Shown here piece by piece: positions 18,568-26,765 of a stretch of 64,000 nucleotides of DNA. The stretch's first letter is position 1; every line of letters begins with the position of its first letter. The DNA comes from Armatimonadota bacterium. GTDB taxonomy: Bacteria > Armatimonadota > SYMT01. The DNA lies in the NCBI GenBank assembly GCA_041690135.1, contig JAWLHY010000003.1, forward strand, positions 96,001 to 160,000, in the 5' to 3' direction. The notes below the pieces were generated by a model that did no database searches, was not told the origin of the DNA, and saw only the letters and a list, made by a program, of their open reading frames with translations. A program made the position numbers and the translations under genes.

Positions 18568-19545
18568 ATGAAGCCGAAAGTCTGGATTACGGGGCCGGTG
18601 TTCGAAGCGGAGTTGGAGCCGTTGCGCGCGATCGCGGACGTGGAGATCCGCCCGGCGCCCGAGCGGCCCACGTTGGAGGAGACGCAGTCCAAAGTCGCCG
18701 GACTGGCCGGCCTGTTGCCGGTGAACGGCGCCCGGGTGGATGCCTCCGTGCTGGACGCGGCCGGGCCATCGCTCCAGGTAATCAGCAACTTCGGGGTCGG
18801 CTACGACAACGTCGATGTCGCGGCTGCCACAGAGCGTGGCATCCCGGTGACCAACACGCCCGACGTGCTCGTCCCCGCCACCGCCGACTGTGCCTTCGGG
18901 CTCCTGATTGCGGCGTCCCGGCGCTTCGGAGAGGGACAGGCCGCCGCGCTGGAAGACCGCTGGCAGTGGGCGCAGTGCCTGCTCTGGGGCCCGGAAGTCT
19001 CCGGCGCCACGCTGGGCATCCTCGGTCTCGGCCGGATCGGGACGGCGGTCGCACGCCGGGCGCAGGGGTTCGGCATGCGGGTGCTCTACCACTCCCGTAC
19101 CCGCAAGCCGGAGGTGGAGTTCGCGCTCGGCGTGGAATATGTCTCCTTCGAAGAGCTGCTGGCGCAGTCCGATTTCCTCAGCCTGCACTGCGCCCTCACG
19201 CCCGGCACCCGCCACATCCTCAACGCGGACCGACTGCGCCAGATGAAGAAGACCGCCATCGTGGTGAACACGGGCCGGGGCGGCTTGATCGACCAAGCCG
19301 CGCTGATCGAGGCCGTCCGCGAGGGCCGCATCGGCGGGGCCGGCCTGGACGTTACGGACCCCGAACCGCCTTCGCCGGACGACCCGATCCTCCACACCCC
19401 CGGTATCTACGTTACCCCGCACCTGGGAAGCTGCAGCTTCGTCGCGCGCGCCGGCATGACCCGCACCTGTGTCACGAACCTGGTCGCCGTGCTCAACGGC
19501 CGGCGCCCACCCAACTGCGTCAACCCGGAAGTGTTGGAACGATAA
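18568..19545 (+). CDS. D-2-hydroxyacid dehydrogenase (glyoxylate reductase/D-glycerate dehydrogenase family)
   Basis: GVGYDNVD, GILGLGRIG, NTGRG, GLDVTDPEP, TPHLGS. Confidence 0.93.
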   Translation: MKPKVWITGPVFEAELEPLRAIADVEIRPAPERPTLEETQSKVAGLAGLLPVNGARVDASVLDAAGPSLQVISNFGVGYDNVDVAAATERGIPVTNTPDVLVPATADCAFGLLIAASRRFGEGQAAALEDRWQWAQCLLWGPEVSGATLGILGLGRIGTAVARRAQGFGMRVLYHSRTRKPEVEFALGVEYVSFEELLAQSDFLSLHCALTPGTRHILNADRLRQMKKTAIVVNTGRGGLIDQAALIEAVREGRIGGAGLDVTDPEPPSPDDPILHTPGIYVTPHLGSCSFVARAGMTRTCVTNLVAVLNGRRPPNCVNPEVLER

Positions 19546-19571
19546 GCACCTGTGCCCCCGCAATTATGGGG

Positions 19572-22500
19572 TTACCTGCCTCGATCCCCCGTCAGGACGA
19601 ACGCCCCCCAGTGGTAGGGGTGTTGACAGCCGGGACGCGCCGCTACCTCCCGCATTGCCTGGTGCAAGGCCACGTCTTTCGCCACACCACCGCGCACGCG
19701 CCGATGGAAAGCGAGCATCAACTCGCGCGTGCTGTCGTCCCGCACCTTCCAGTGACTGGCGACGACACTGCGCGCTCCGGCGGCCTGGAACGCCCGCACT
19801 AGCCCGTTGATCCCTTCTCCCCGCACCACGGAACCCCGGCCGGTCTCGCACGCGGCCAGCACCACGAGGTCCGCCCGCAGGCGTGGGAGACCGTAGATCT
19901 CCCACGCCTGCAGGAGGCCATCCTTCTCCGGGGGCGTAGCGTTGTCCGCGTGTTGGGCATGGGAAAGGACGAGGCCGGATGCCCGCGCCCAATACGGATG
20001 CAGGTATCCGTGGGTGGCAAAGTGTACGACATCCGCTTCCGGGAGCAGCTTGCGCACCTGTTCTTCCGAAGCATCCACCCCCAGGAGGGGCCGGGCTCCG
20101 TAGAGCTTCCCGACCGCTTCGGCATCGACCCGCGTGCCGGGAAGCGGTCCCAGGTTCAGCAGGCCCGGTAGGCCCGAGCGCGGGGCGGACCCGCGGACGG
20201 CTACCTTGGATTCCGGCACCGGCTCGGGTACGGCCGCGGGCACCAGCGGATCGCCCGCAACAAGAGTGCGGAACACGGACCGCTCGTCCGGCGCAACAGG
20301 CCCGGGAGGCGTTCGGGCGCGCATGGCTTCCTGTGCGAGCAGAGCCAGGGAAGGCGCGGAGGTGAGGGGCAACTGCAGCCCCAGAAATGCCGGAGAGACC
20401 GCGGTCGCCGCCTGCTTGCCGGTCGGGCTCGCTTCGTTACGGCCGACGGGTTTCGGGGTAGGAGCGGTCGGTGACGGAAGCGCCAGGGCGGCGAAGGGCA
20501 ACTCCCACAGTGGGCCGTCCGGGAAGATCAGCGCCCGGCGAGAGCGGAGCAGATCCGCACGGACGGCCGCCGGTAGCAGACGTGCTCCCAGGGCTCTCCC
20601 GAGCGGGATCCCTTCCGCGCGTTCCTCGCGCAGTGCGCGGACCACCCCCTCCACCTCCGCGGAAAGCGCTTTGAGGCCCAACGGGAGGAAATGGACCTGG
20701 AGCTGCGGAGACGCCGGTAAACCAGGCGCGGGTGGAGCCACGACGAAGAGCGCGGTCCGTTCGTCCCCCACGGAGTAGTACAGCGAGAGGGTGCCGTCGA
20801 CCGCGGCTCGCCGCGTCTCCGCCAGCGCCGTCGCAAAGGAAACCGGCGCCCGGTGGGGGCCGGGCTTCCGGAGCAGGCTTTCCAATCGCGCTTCCCGGTC
20901 CCGAGCCAGCGTCAGCTGTTTCTCCGCTGCTTCCAACTGCTCTTCCAGTTCGTCCAGTCGGCGGCGCAGGGTCGCGGCCCGGGAAGCGTCTCTTCCGGAC
21001 ACTTGTGTCTGGTCCCAGGCGGACCGGGCCATCATCGCGTGATCCGCCGCGGAGGCCACCGCCTCTTCCGCCTGCCGTCGCGCCAGGCCTGCTCCGCAGA
21101 GCTCGCTCCACTGCTGATCCGTGCACCCGGCAGGGCGGACGCGCGAGTCGGAGAGGAGGTGCTGCAGGGCCTGGGCCCGGTTCTCTTCCGCAATACGGAG
21201 GGCGTCCTCCGCCTGTCCCGCTTCCGCCAGCATCGCCGCTATCCCCGCGGCGATCGGCGCTTGCTGCTGCCGGTAGGCCTGCACCGCGTCATCTCCGGTG
21301 ATGCCGCGCGCCAGCGCCTGGTAGGTACTCCAGGCCTTGAGAGCCAGGGAGACCGCCTCTTCACGCTTTCCCTGCGCGCGCAGGAGTTGCGAGAGGCGGT
21401 AGAGGGTCAGCGCGTGGCCCGGCCAGCGCGGGTTCGGGTCCTTCCAGAGCAGGAGCGCTTTCCGATAACTTGCCTCCGCTTCTAGGGGCTTACCCGATGC
21501 CACGAACAGTTCCCCGCGGCGGGTGTGGACCATCGCCCGGGCGGCGAGGGAAACCGGCTGGCGCTCCAGCAACGCTTCCGCTTCCCGGACCCGGACTTCC
21601 GCCTCCTTCCAGCGTCCGGCTTCGAGCTCAAGCTCTACCAGGCTGGCCAGCGCTCGGATGCGGAGGTCGAGTCCGCGTGCTCCCGGTACCGGGTCCGTCG
21701 CGACCGCCGCAAGGTAGCCACGGGCCGCTTCCCCCTGCCCATCACTGGCCACGCTCGTGCCGAGGTTGAGGAGGAGTTCGGCCCGCGTCGTGCTCGATGA
21801 CCGGATCTTGCGCCCTTCCTCCAACGCCCGTTCCAGCAGCGTGCGGGCCACGTCGAAGTCGCCGCGAAGACGCGCGATTTTCCCCAGGCCGCCGAGGGCC
21901 CGGACGATCCCCGGATCGGACCGTTGCTCTTTCTCGAGCACCGCTAACGCGCGGGAGTACTGCTCCCAGGCTTCCGGCAGCGCCGCGCGGTGATAGTCCA
22001 GCTCGGCCAGCTCCATCAAGCACTCAGCTCGCAAAGGGGAAGCGGGAGCGCGAGCGTCGTAGATCGCCAGCGCGCGGCGGAACAACTCCGCGGCGCGTGT
22101 CAGTTGCCCCCGGGCCGTGGCTACCTCGCCCTGAAGGCGCAGCAGGCCGGCGATCCCCAGGGTTTGCGTCCCGAAACGGACGCGGATCCGGTGGGCCTGG
22201 GCGAGCTGTTCGTCCGCGGCATCGAGCTCGCCGCGCCGGAGATGGATACCGGCCAGGTTAGCGAGACTGACGCTGACAGCTTCCGAGTTCGGATCGAGCG
22301 ACCTGCGCAACTCGTAGGCTTCGGAAACCAGCCGGTGCGCGGTCTTTAGTTGCCCCCGGCGGCTGGCCACCGCTCCCAAAGCCTCGGTCGTGTTGGCTCG
22401 CGCCGTTGCACTGCCCTTTACCTCGGCCCCCGCTCCCTGGTAGATGTTCAGGGCGGCCTGGAAGGACGCCTCCGCTTCATCCAGGCGCCATTGGCCCAGA

Positions 22501-23414
22501 AGAGTCGCTCCGAGGTTGTGATGGGCGCCGGCGAGCTGGTTAGAGCCGGCCGCGCGGCGGTCCAGCACCTCCACGGCCTTCCGGCGCACCTCCTCGGCCT
22601 CCCGGTAAGACCCCTGACCGTGGAGCACCGTGCCGAGGTCGGAAAGCGCCAGCGCGAGCTCCGCGCTGTCGGGATGCCGGCGTTGAGCTATCTCGGCGGC
22701 TCGGCGGGCCTGTTTCTCCGCCGCATCGAGCTCGCTCCGGGAGATGCCCAGATGAACCAGCTTCCGCAGGACCAGGGTAACCGTGGGCGACTCCGGTTCG
22801 CAGCGCTCGTACACCCGCAGGGCCGCCTCGTAAAGCCGCCGTGCGGAAACACCGCGACTCGATGCACGGAGAAAATCGCCTCCGCGCACGCAGGCCCCGG
22901 CCGCCGCACGCGGCCGCTGCGTCTCACGGTCCAACAACTCGATCGCACGGGTGATCCCCTCCCGCGACTCCGGCGAGTTGACCGGAGCGGCCAGGGAGGC
23001 CCTCCAGGAGGCTTCCACCATCCCCGGGCCGTATCCGGCGCGAGCCCACGCTTCGGTGCAGGCCTGCCATGCCGCCAGCCAATCGGAAGTCCGGCGGACC
23101 TGTTCGAAAATGCGCGCCCGACCCGCCTGGGCCAGCGCCTCCCCAGCGGCATCGCGGTCGCTCCGGCTTTTCGCGAGCGCCATGTCCGCCGAGCGTAGCG
23201 CTTCGGTGAGGCTCCCCTCCCGTCGCAATCGATCCACCTCGGCCAGCATCCGCCGGATCTCCGCGTCCTGCGGCTCCGGTGCGGGCGGCTCCGCACCCGG
23301 CTGGCGGGCGGCGGAAACCTCCGGAATCGCACCGTTGCCCGGAGCCTGCGATGCACTCACCCCCGGGAAGAGGGAGAGTGCTGAACATAGGAGCAGAAGA
23401 TTCCGGTTCCACAT
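19572..23414 (-). CDS. Large TPR-repeat CHAT-domain protease with signal peptide
   Basis: Leader MWNRNLLLLCSALSLFPGVSA; many TPRs; coiled coil; VHFATHG and VLAACETG; HPYHWGAF. Confidence 0.92.
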   Translation of the reverse strand: MWNRNLLLLCSALSLFPGVSASQAPGNGAIPEVSAARQPGAEPPAPEPQDAEIRRMLAEVDRLRREGSLTEALRSADMALAKSRSDRDAAGEALAQAGRARIFEQVRRTSDWLAAWQACTEAWARAGYGPGMVEASWRASLAAPVNSPESREGITRAIELLDRETQRPRAAAGACVRGGDFLRASSRGVSARRLYEAALRVYERCEPESPTVTLVLRKLVHLGISRSELDAAEKQARRAAEIAQRRHPDSAELALALSDLGTVLHGQGSYREAEEVRRKAVEVLDRRAAGSNQLAGAHHNLGATLLGQWRLDEAEASFQAALNIYQGAGAEVKGSATARANTTEALGAVASRRGQLKTAHRLVSEAYELRRSLDPNSEAVSVSLANLAGIHLRRGELDAADEQLAQAHRIRVRFGTQTLGIAGLLRLQGEVATARGQLTRAAELFRRALAIYDARAPASPLRAECLMELAELDYHRAALPEAWEQYSRALAVLEKEQRSDPGIVRALGGLGKIARLRGDFDVARTLLERALEEGRKIRSSSTTRAELLLNLGTSVASDGQGEAARGYLAAVATDPVPGARGLDLRIRALASLVELELEAGRWKEAEVRVREAEALLERQPVSLAARAMVHTRRGELFVASGKPLEAEASYRKALLLWKDPNPRWPGHALTLYRLSQLLRAQGKREEAVSLALKAWSTYQALARGITGDDAVQAYRQQQAPIAAGIAAMLAEAGQAEDALRIAEENRAQALQHLLSDSRVRPAGCTDQQWSELCGAGLARRQAEEAVASAADHAMMARSAWDQTQVSGRDASRAATLRRRLDELEEQLEAAEKQLTLARDREARLESLLRKPGPHRAPVSFATALAETRRAAVDGTLSLYYSVGDERTALFVVAPPAPGLPASPQLQVHFLPLGLKALSAEVEGVVRALREERAEGIPLGRALGARLLPAAVRADLLRSRRALIFPDGPLWELPFAALALPSPTAPTPKPVGRNEASPTGKQAATAVSPAFLGLQLPLTSAPSLALLAQEAMRARTPPGPVAPDERSVFRTLVAGDPLVPAAVPEPVPESKVAVRGSAPRSGLPGLLNLGPLPGTRVDAEAVGKLYGARPLLGVDASEEQVRKLLPEADVVHFATHGYLHPYWARASGLVLSHAQHADNATPPEKDGLLQAWEIYGLPRLRADLVVLAACETGRGSVVRGEGINGLVRAFQAAGARSVVASHWKVRDDSTRELMLAFHRRVRGGVAKDVALHQAMREVAARPGCQHPYHWGAFVLTGDRGR

Positions 23415-23695
23415 CAGAATTCAGTTGCCGCGATCGACGGAGAGAGCGGCAAATCTCACGAGCAACACGGAACCATCCGTATAGTAACCCACGTTGACTC
23501 TTTCGGCAGCACGGCGCCAGCCTCCTTGATGCAGGGCGGTGAGGTCCCCGGCATATAGGTTCACTTGTATTATAGGGTCTGACCCGTAGTCATAGAGACA
23601 ACCACCTTGCCGTCGTGTTGATTCCGTCCTGGGAAATCCCAAGCAACGAAGGTGTACCGCTCCGGGGTCTCTACTCATTAAATTGAAGATGAACA

Positions 23696-24142
23696 GTGAT
23701 CTCAGGAAACCCGGACGTGGGACAGTATCTAGCATTGCCGACTGTTTTGATCGTGGATGACAACGACGACTTCCGCCGCACGGCGGGTGATGCGTTGCGG
23801 GAAGCAGGCTTCACCGTGCGGGAAGCCGGTGACGGCCTGGAAGCGCTGCGCAAACTGCGGCGGGAAGAGCCCCCGGAGTTGATCCTGCTCGACCTGCTCA
23901 TGCCGGTGATGGATGGCTGGCAGTTGCGCGAGAATCTCACGGCCGATCCCCGGCTGCGGGATGTGCCGGTGGTGGTAACCACCGCCGTCGGCCACGAGTA
24001 CGAGCAGGAAAACTCGCTGCAAGCGGTCGCCTACCTTCCCAAACCCTGCTCACTGGAGGCCACCCTCGACGTCGTTCGGCAGTTTTGCTCGCCGGAGCCG
24101 CTCGGGTCGTGCCAGGAATCCCGCACCGCGGTCCCGGGGTAA
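23696..24142 (+). CDS. Single-domain response regulator (CheY-like receiver)
   Basis: VLIVDDN, LILLDLLMPVMDG, T and KP motifs. True start may lie slightly downstream. Confidence 0.9.
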   Translation: MISGNPDVGQYLALPTVLIVDDNDDFRRTAGDALREAGFTVREAGDGLEALRKLRREEPPELILLDLLMPVMDGWQLRENLTADPRLRDVPVVVTTAVGHEYEQENSLQAVAYLPKPCSLEATLDVVRQFCSPEPLGSCQESRTAVPG

Positions 24143-24280
24143 CCGTATCGAACTGCCGGTCGCGCTGGCCCGGCAGTTCGACGGAGGTTGCTTCGGTTTC
24201 CGGCTTCTCCCGCTCCTTGGGTGGAGGGCCCGGCTCACCGGCCCTCCGACAACGAACAAGTACGAGTCCAACCGGTCTGC

Positions 24281-24865
24281 TTACGGGGTTTCACGCGGCT
24301 CCTGGTCGGGTAAGCCCGCCGGTTCTACCAGGGTCGCTTCAATGAAGGCGGTCTGCCCCTGTGCGATCTCCGCGGTTTCCCGCTCCAGGTACTGAAGTAC
24401 ATCCGGCGCCGGTGGGGCGGCGGGGGTTCGCACCACTCCCGTCAGGCGCACCTCCTGGCCCTGCGAGACTTCCGGCATTTCCACGGCTCCCGGCCGGGCG
24501 ACGACCAGGATGCGGCGTTGGCCTTCCTGCAGCCAGATAGCATTCTCCGAGACCACTTCCACGACGCTGCCCGTTCCCGAAACGACGGTCCCGTTGTACT
24601 GGCGCGGGGCGGCTACCATGGCCGTGATCGGAAGTCGGTCTCCTACCGCGTCGGGGGTCGCCGGCGTTTCCGGATAGATACCGTCACGAATCACTTCGCG
24701 TTCGCCGGCAACCCGCTCCGTCGGGACGACGGTTTCCTGGATGGACGGCGGAGTCACCACCGCGAGCACCGCCCACACGAGAAAGGCGATCGCCAACACG
24801 ATCCCGAACCAGGCCCACCAAGGCAGGCCCGTATCCCGCCGGCGCTGAACGTTGATATCCGACAT
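24281..24865 (-). CDS. Membrane-anchored protein with OB-fold-like domain (paralog A)
   Basis: GGAG RBS; one TM helix; ERVAGEREVI; GQEVRLTGVVR. Confidence 0.75.
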   Translation of the reverse strand: MSDINVQRRRDTGLPWWAWFGIVLAIAFLVWAVLAVVTPPSIQETVVPTERVAGEREVIRDGIYPETPATPDAVGDRLPITAMVAAPRQYNGTVVSGTGSVVEVVSENAIWLQEGQRRILVVARPGAVEMPEVSQGQEVRLTGVVRTPAAPPAPDVLQYLERETAEIAQGQTAFIEATLVEPAGLPDQEPRETP

Positions 24866-24934
24866 GCTCCACTCCTCTCCAAACTTCCTGTACCTCTCAA
24901 CTTGCGCGTGATTGTCTTGTTTTGCGTTCTCCCG

Positions 24935-25525
24935 TTAGAAGGTGGGCCGGGGGGTTTCACGGACACCCGTAGGTATCTCGTTGCCGAAGGCAATCGAGTC
25001 CAGTTCGACGAAGGCGGGCTGGCTCAGGGCCAGTTCTCGCGTGGTTTCCTCGACATTGACCAGCGAAGGGAGGTCGCGCGAGATGATGCTGCTGCGGACC
25101 GTGCCCGTCAGGTTGATGCGCTGGCCGGCGGCCATCCGTGGCCACTCCGGTGAGGCTTCTTCAGTGACGATTAGAATCCGCTGGTCTTCCTGTTCCAACC
25201 AGAAGGCGCGCTCCGTTGCCGCTCCGGCAAAGGTGCCGGTCATGGTGACTTCCCGGCCGGCATAGTCCGCCGGCTGCCGGGTGATGCTCGCCAGAGGAAC
25301 GAGTTCCGTGCCCAACTCGCCTACCGCCGGGCCGGGTGTATCGCCACCGATCACCTGGCGTTCCCCTGCCACGCGTTCGCTGGGTCGTACGACGCCCACT
25401 TCGCGCTCGGGCGTGGTCACTTCGACAATCGCCCACAACACCAGGATGACCGCCAGGCCCATTCCCAGCCACGCCCACCCTGGCAGCGCCGCGCCGCGCC
25501 GCGACCGCCTGTCCCGATTCGCCAT
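24935..25525 (-). CDS. Membrane-anchored protein with OB-fold-like domain (paralog B)
   Basis: GGAGGT RBS before ATG 25525; ERVAGERQVI; GQRINLTGTVR; collinear with paralog A. Confidence 0.75.
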   Translation of the reverse strand: MANRDRRSRRGAALPGWAWLGMGLAVILVLWAIVEVTTPEREVGVVRPSERVAGERQVIGGDTPGPAVGELGTELVPLASITRQPADYAGREVTMTGTFAGAATERAFWLEQEDQRILIVTEEASPEWPRMAAGQRINLTGTVRSSIISRDLPSLVNVEETTRELALSQPAFVELDSIAFGNEIPTGVRETPRPTF

Positions 25526-25802
25526 CTTCCCTACCTCCGTATTCATTTCTCTACCGATCTTTGCCGACGGCCTGCCCGGATGGTGGCCGCGGTGCTTGCT
25601 CATGCCTTTTGCCGAATCCGGCCGGACTGAAACGGCCCAACCTCCAGTCCCATGGGGTAGGGGGCCTCGCAGTCCCGGAGAGGAGTCAGGCGGGCGGTGC
25701 GTGTAGCTTGCGGGATTGCTGGGGAAGTTTCGCTCGGAGCAGGCCCGGCGCCGGAAGGCTCGGGTCTTGCCGAGGCAAAACGAAGGAAAGGGAGGTGCCT
25801 GC

Positions 25803-26696
25803 ATGGCATATCCGGAGACAGTTGGACGAACGGACAGGACAGACTACGGTTATCAGCAGATGCCCAGCGACCTGGCACTGTTGAAAGACCTGGATGACTA
25901 CGATGTCGCGGACTACGACGTCGATCCCCGCGGCTGGAAGGTTGTGGGTCGCGACGGGGACGAGATCGGGAAGATCGACGACCTCATCGTGAGCACCGCG
26001 AGCGAAAAGGCGTACTTCGCGGTGGTGGACACCGGCGGGTGGTTCCAGAACAAGCGATTCGCCATCCCCCTGGAACGGGTCCGCTTCGATCGGAACGACA
26101 ACAAGGCGTACGCGCCGTACGTGAAGGATCAGTTCCGCGAAGCGCCCGAGTACAACATGGCGCGGCCGGACTACACGGGCTACTACGGCTACTGGAGCGG
26201 GCTCCGCACCGAGGCCGTGGCTCCGGAACGGGAAACCGCCTTCGCCGGTGAGCACCGCGAGCGCGAGGTGGGGCTCCGTGAGGGCGAAGTCCGCGTGCCC
26301 GTCACCGAGGAGACGGCGGAGGTCCGCAAGGAAGCTCACGAAGCCGGCTTCGTCAACATCCGCAAGCGGGTGGATTACGAGACGAAGCACATCTCCGAGC
26401 CGGTGACCCGCACCCGGGTCGTCGCGGAGACGCGGGAGGTGCCCGCGGGCGGAGCCTACGCCACGGAGGGGGCGACCACGCTGCGTGAGGGTGAGACCCT
26501 GCGCGTGCCGATCGTGGAAGAGGATGTGACCGTGACCAAGACCCCGCGGGTCACCCGCGAGGTCGTCCTCCACACGGAGCAGGACACGGAGATGGTGGAG
26601 CGCGACGTGCAGCTTCGCCACGAGGAAGTCGAAGTCGACACCGAGGGCGACGTAGACATCGAGCAGCCGACCGGTACTGGCCGGATGCGCCGCTAG
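25803..26696 (+). CDS. PRC-barrel plus DUF2382 (YsnF/AvaK) stress protein
   Basis: DPRGWKVVGRDGDEIGKIDDL PRC barrel; VPVTEETAEVRK and VPIVEEDVTVTK YsnF repeats; GGAGG RBS. Confidence 0.9.
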   Translation: MAYPETVGRTDRTDYGYQQMPSDLALLKDLDDYDVADYDVDPRGWKVVGRDGDEIGKIDDLIVSTASEKAYFAVVDTGGWFQNKRFAIPLERVRFDRNDNKAYAPYVKDQFREAPEYNMARPDYTGYYGYWSGLRTEAVAPERETAFAGEHREREVGLREGEVRVPVTEETAEVRKEAHEAGFVNIRKRVDYETKHISEPVTRTRVVAETREVPAGGAYATEGATTLREGETLRVPIVEEDVTVTKTPRVTREVVLHTEQDTEMVERDVQLRHEEVEVDTEGDVDIEQPTGTGRMRR

Positions 26697-26728
26697 GCGA
26701 ACGGCCGATTAACCGGTCCCTGGGAGTA

Positions 26729-26765
26729 AGCGCGGGTGGAAGCCAACTCCACCCGCGCTCCTTTT
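26729..26765 (+). terminator. Rho-independent terminator
   Basis: 12-bp stem AGCGCGGGTGGA/TCCACCCGCGCT followed by CCTTTT. Confidence 0.75.

Noticed and set aside
15672-19802. 1376-aa plus-strand ORF and other long antisense ORFs (e.g. 4079-6055, 5872-7578, 45327-47288, 47983-49848)
   Set aside because: Shadow frames of real genes in high-GC DNA, with no motifs.
9400-23414. CHAT proteases as part of a type III-E CRISPR (Craspase) or gasdermin defence locus
   Set aside because: No Cas7-11, Csx30/31, ECF sigma factor, gasdermin or array nearby; both have signal peptides.
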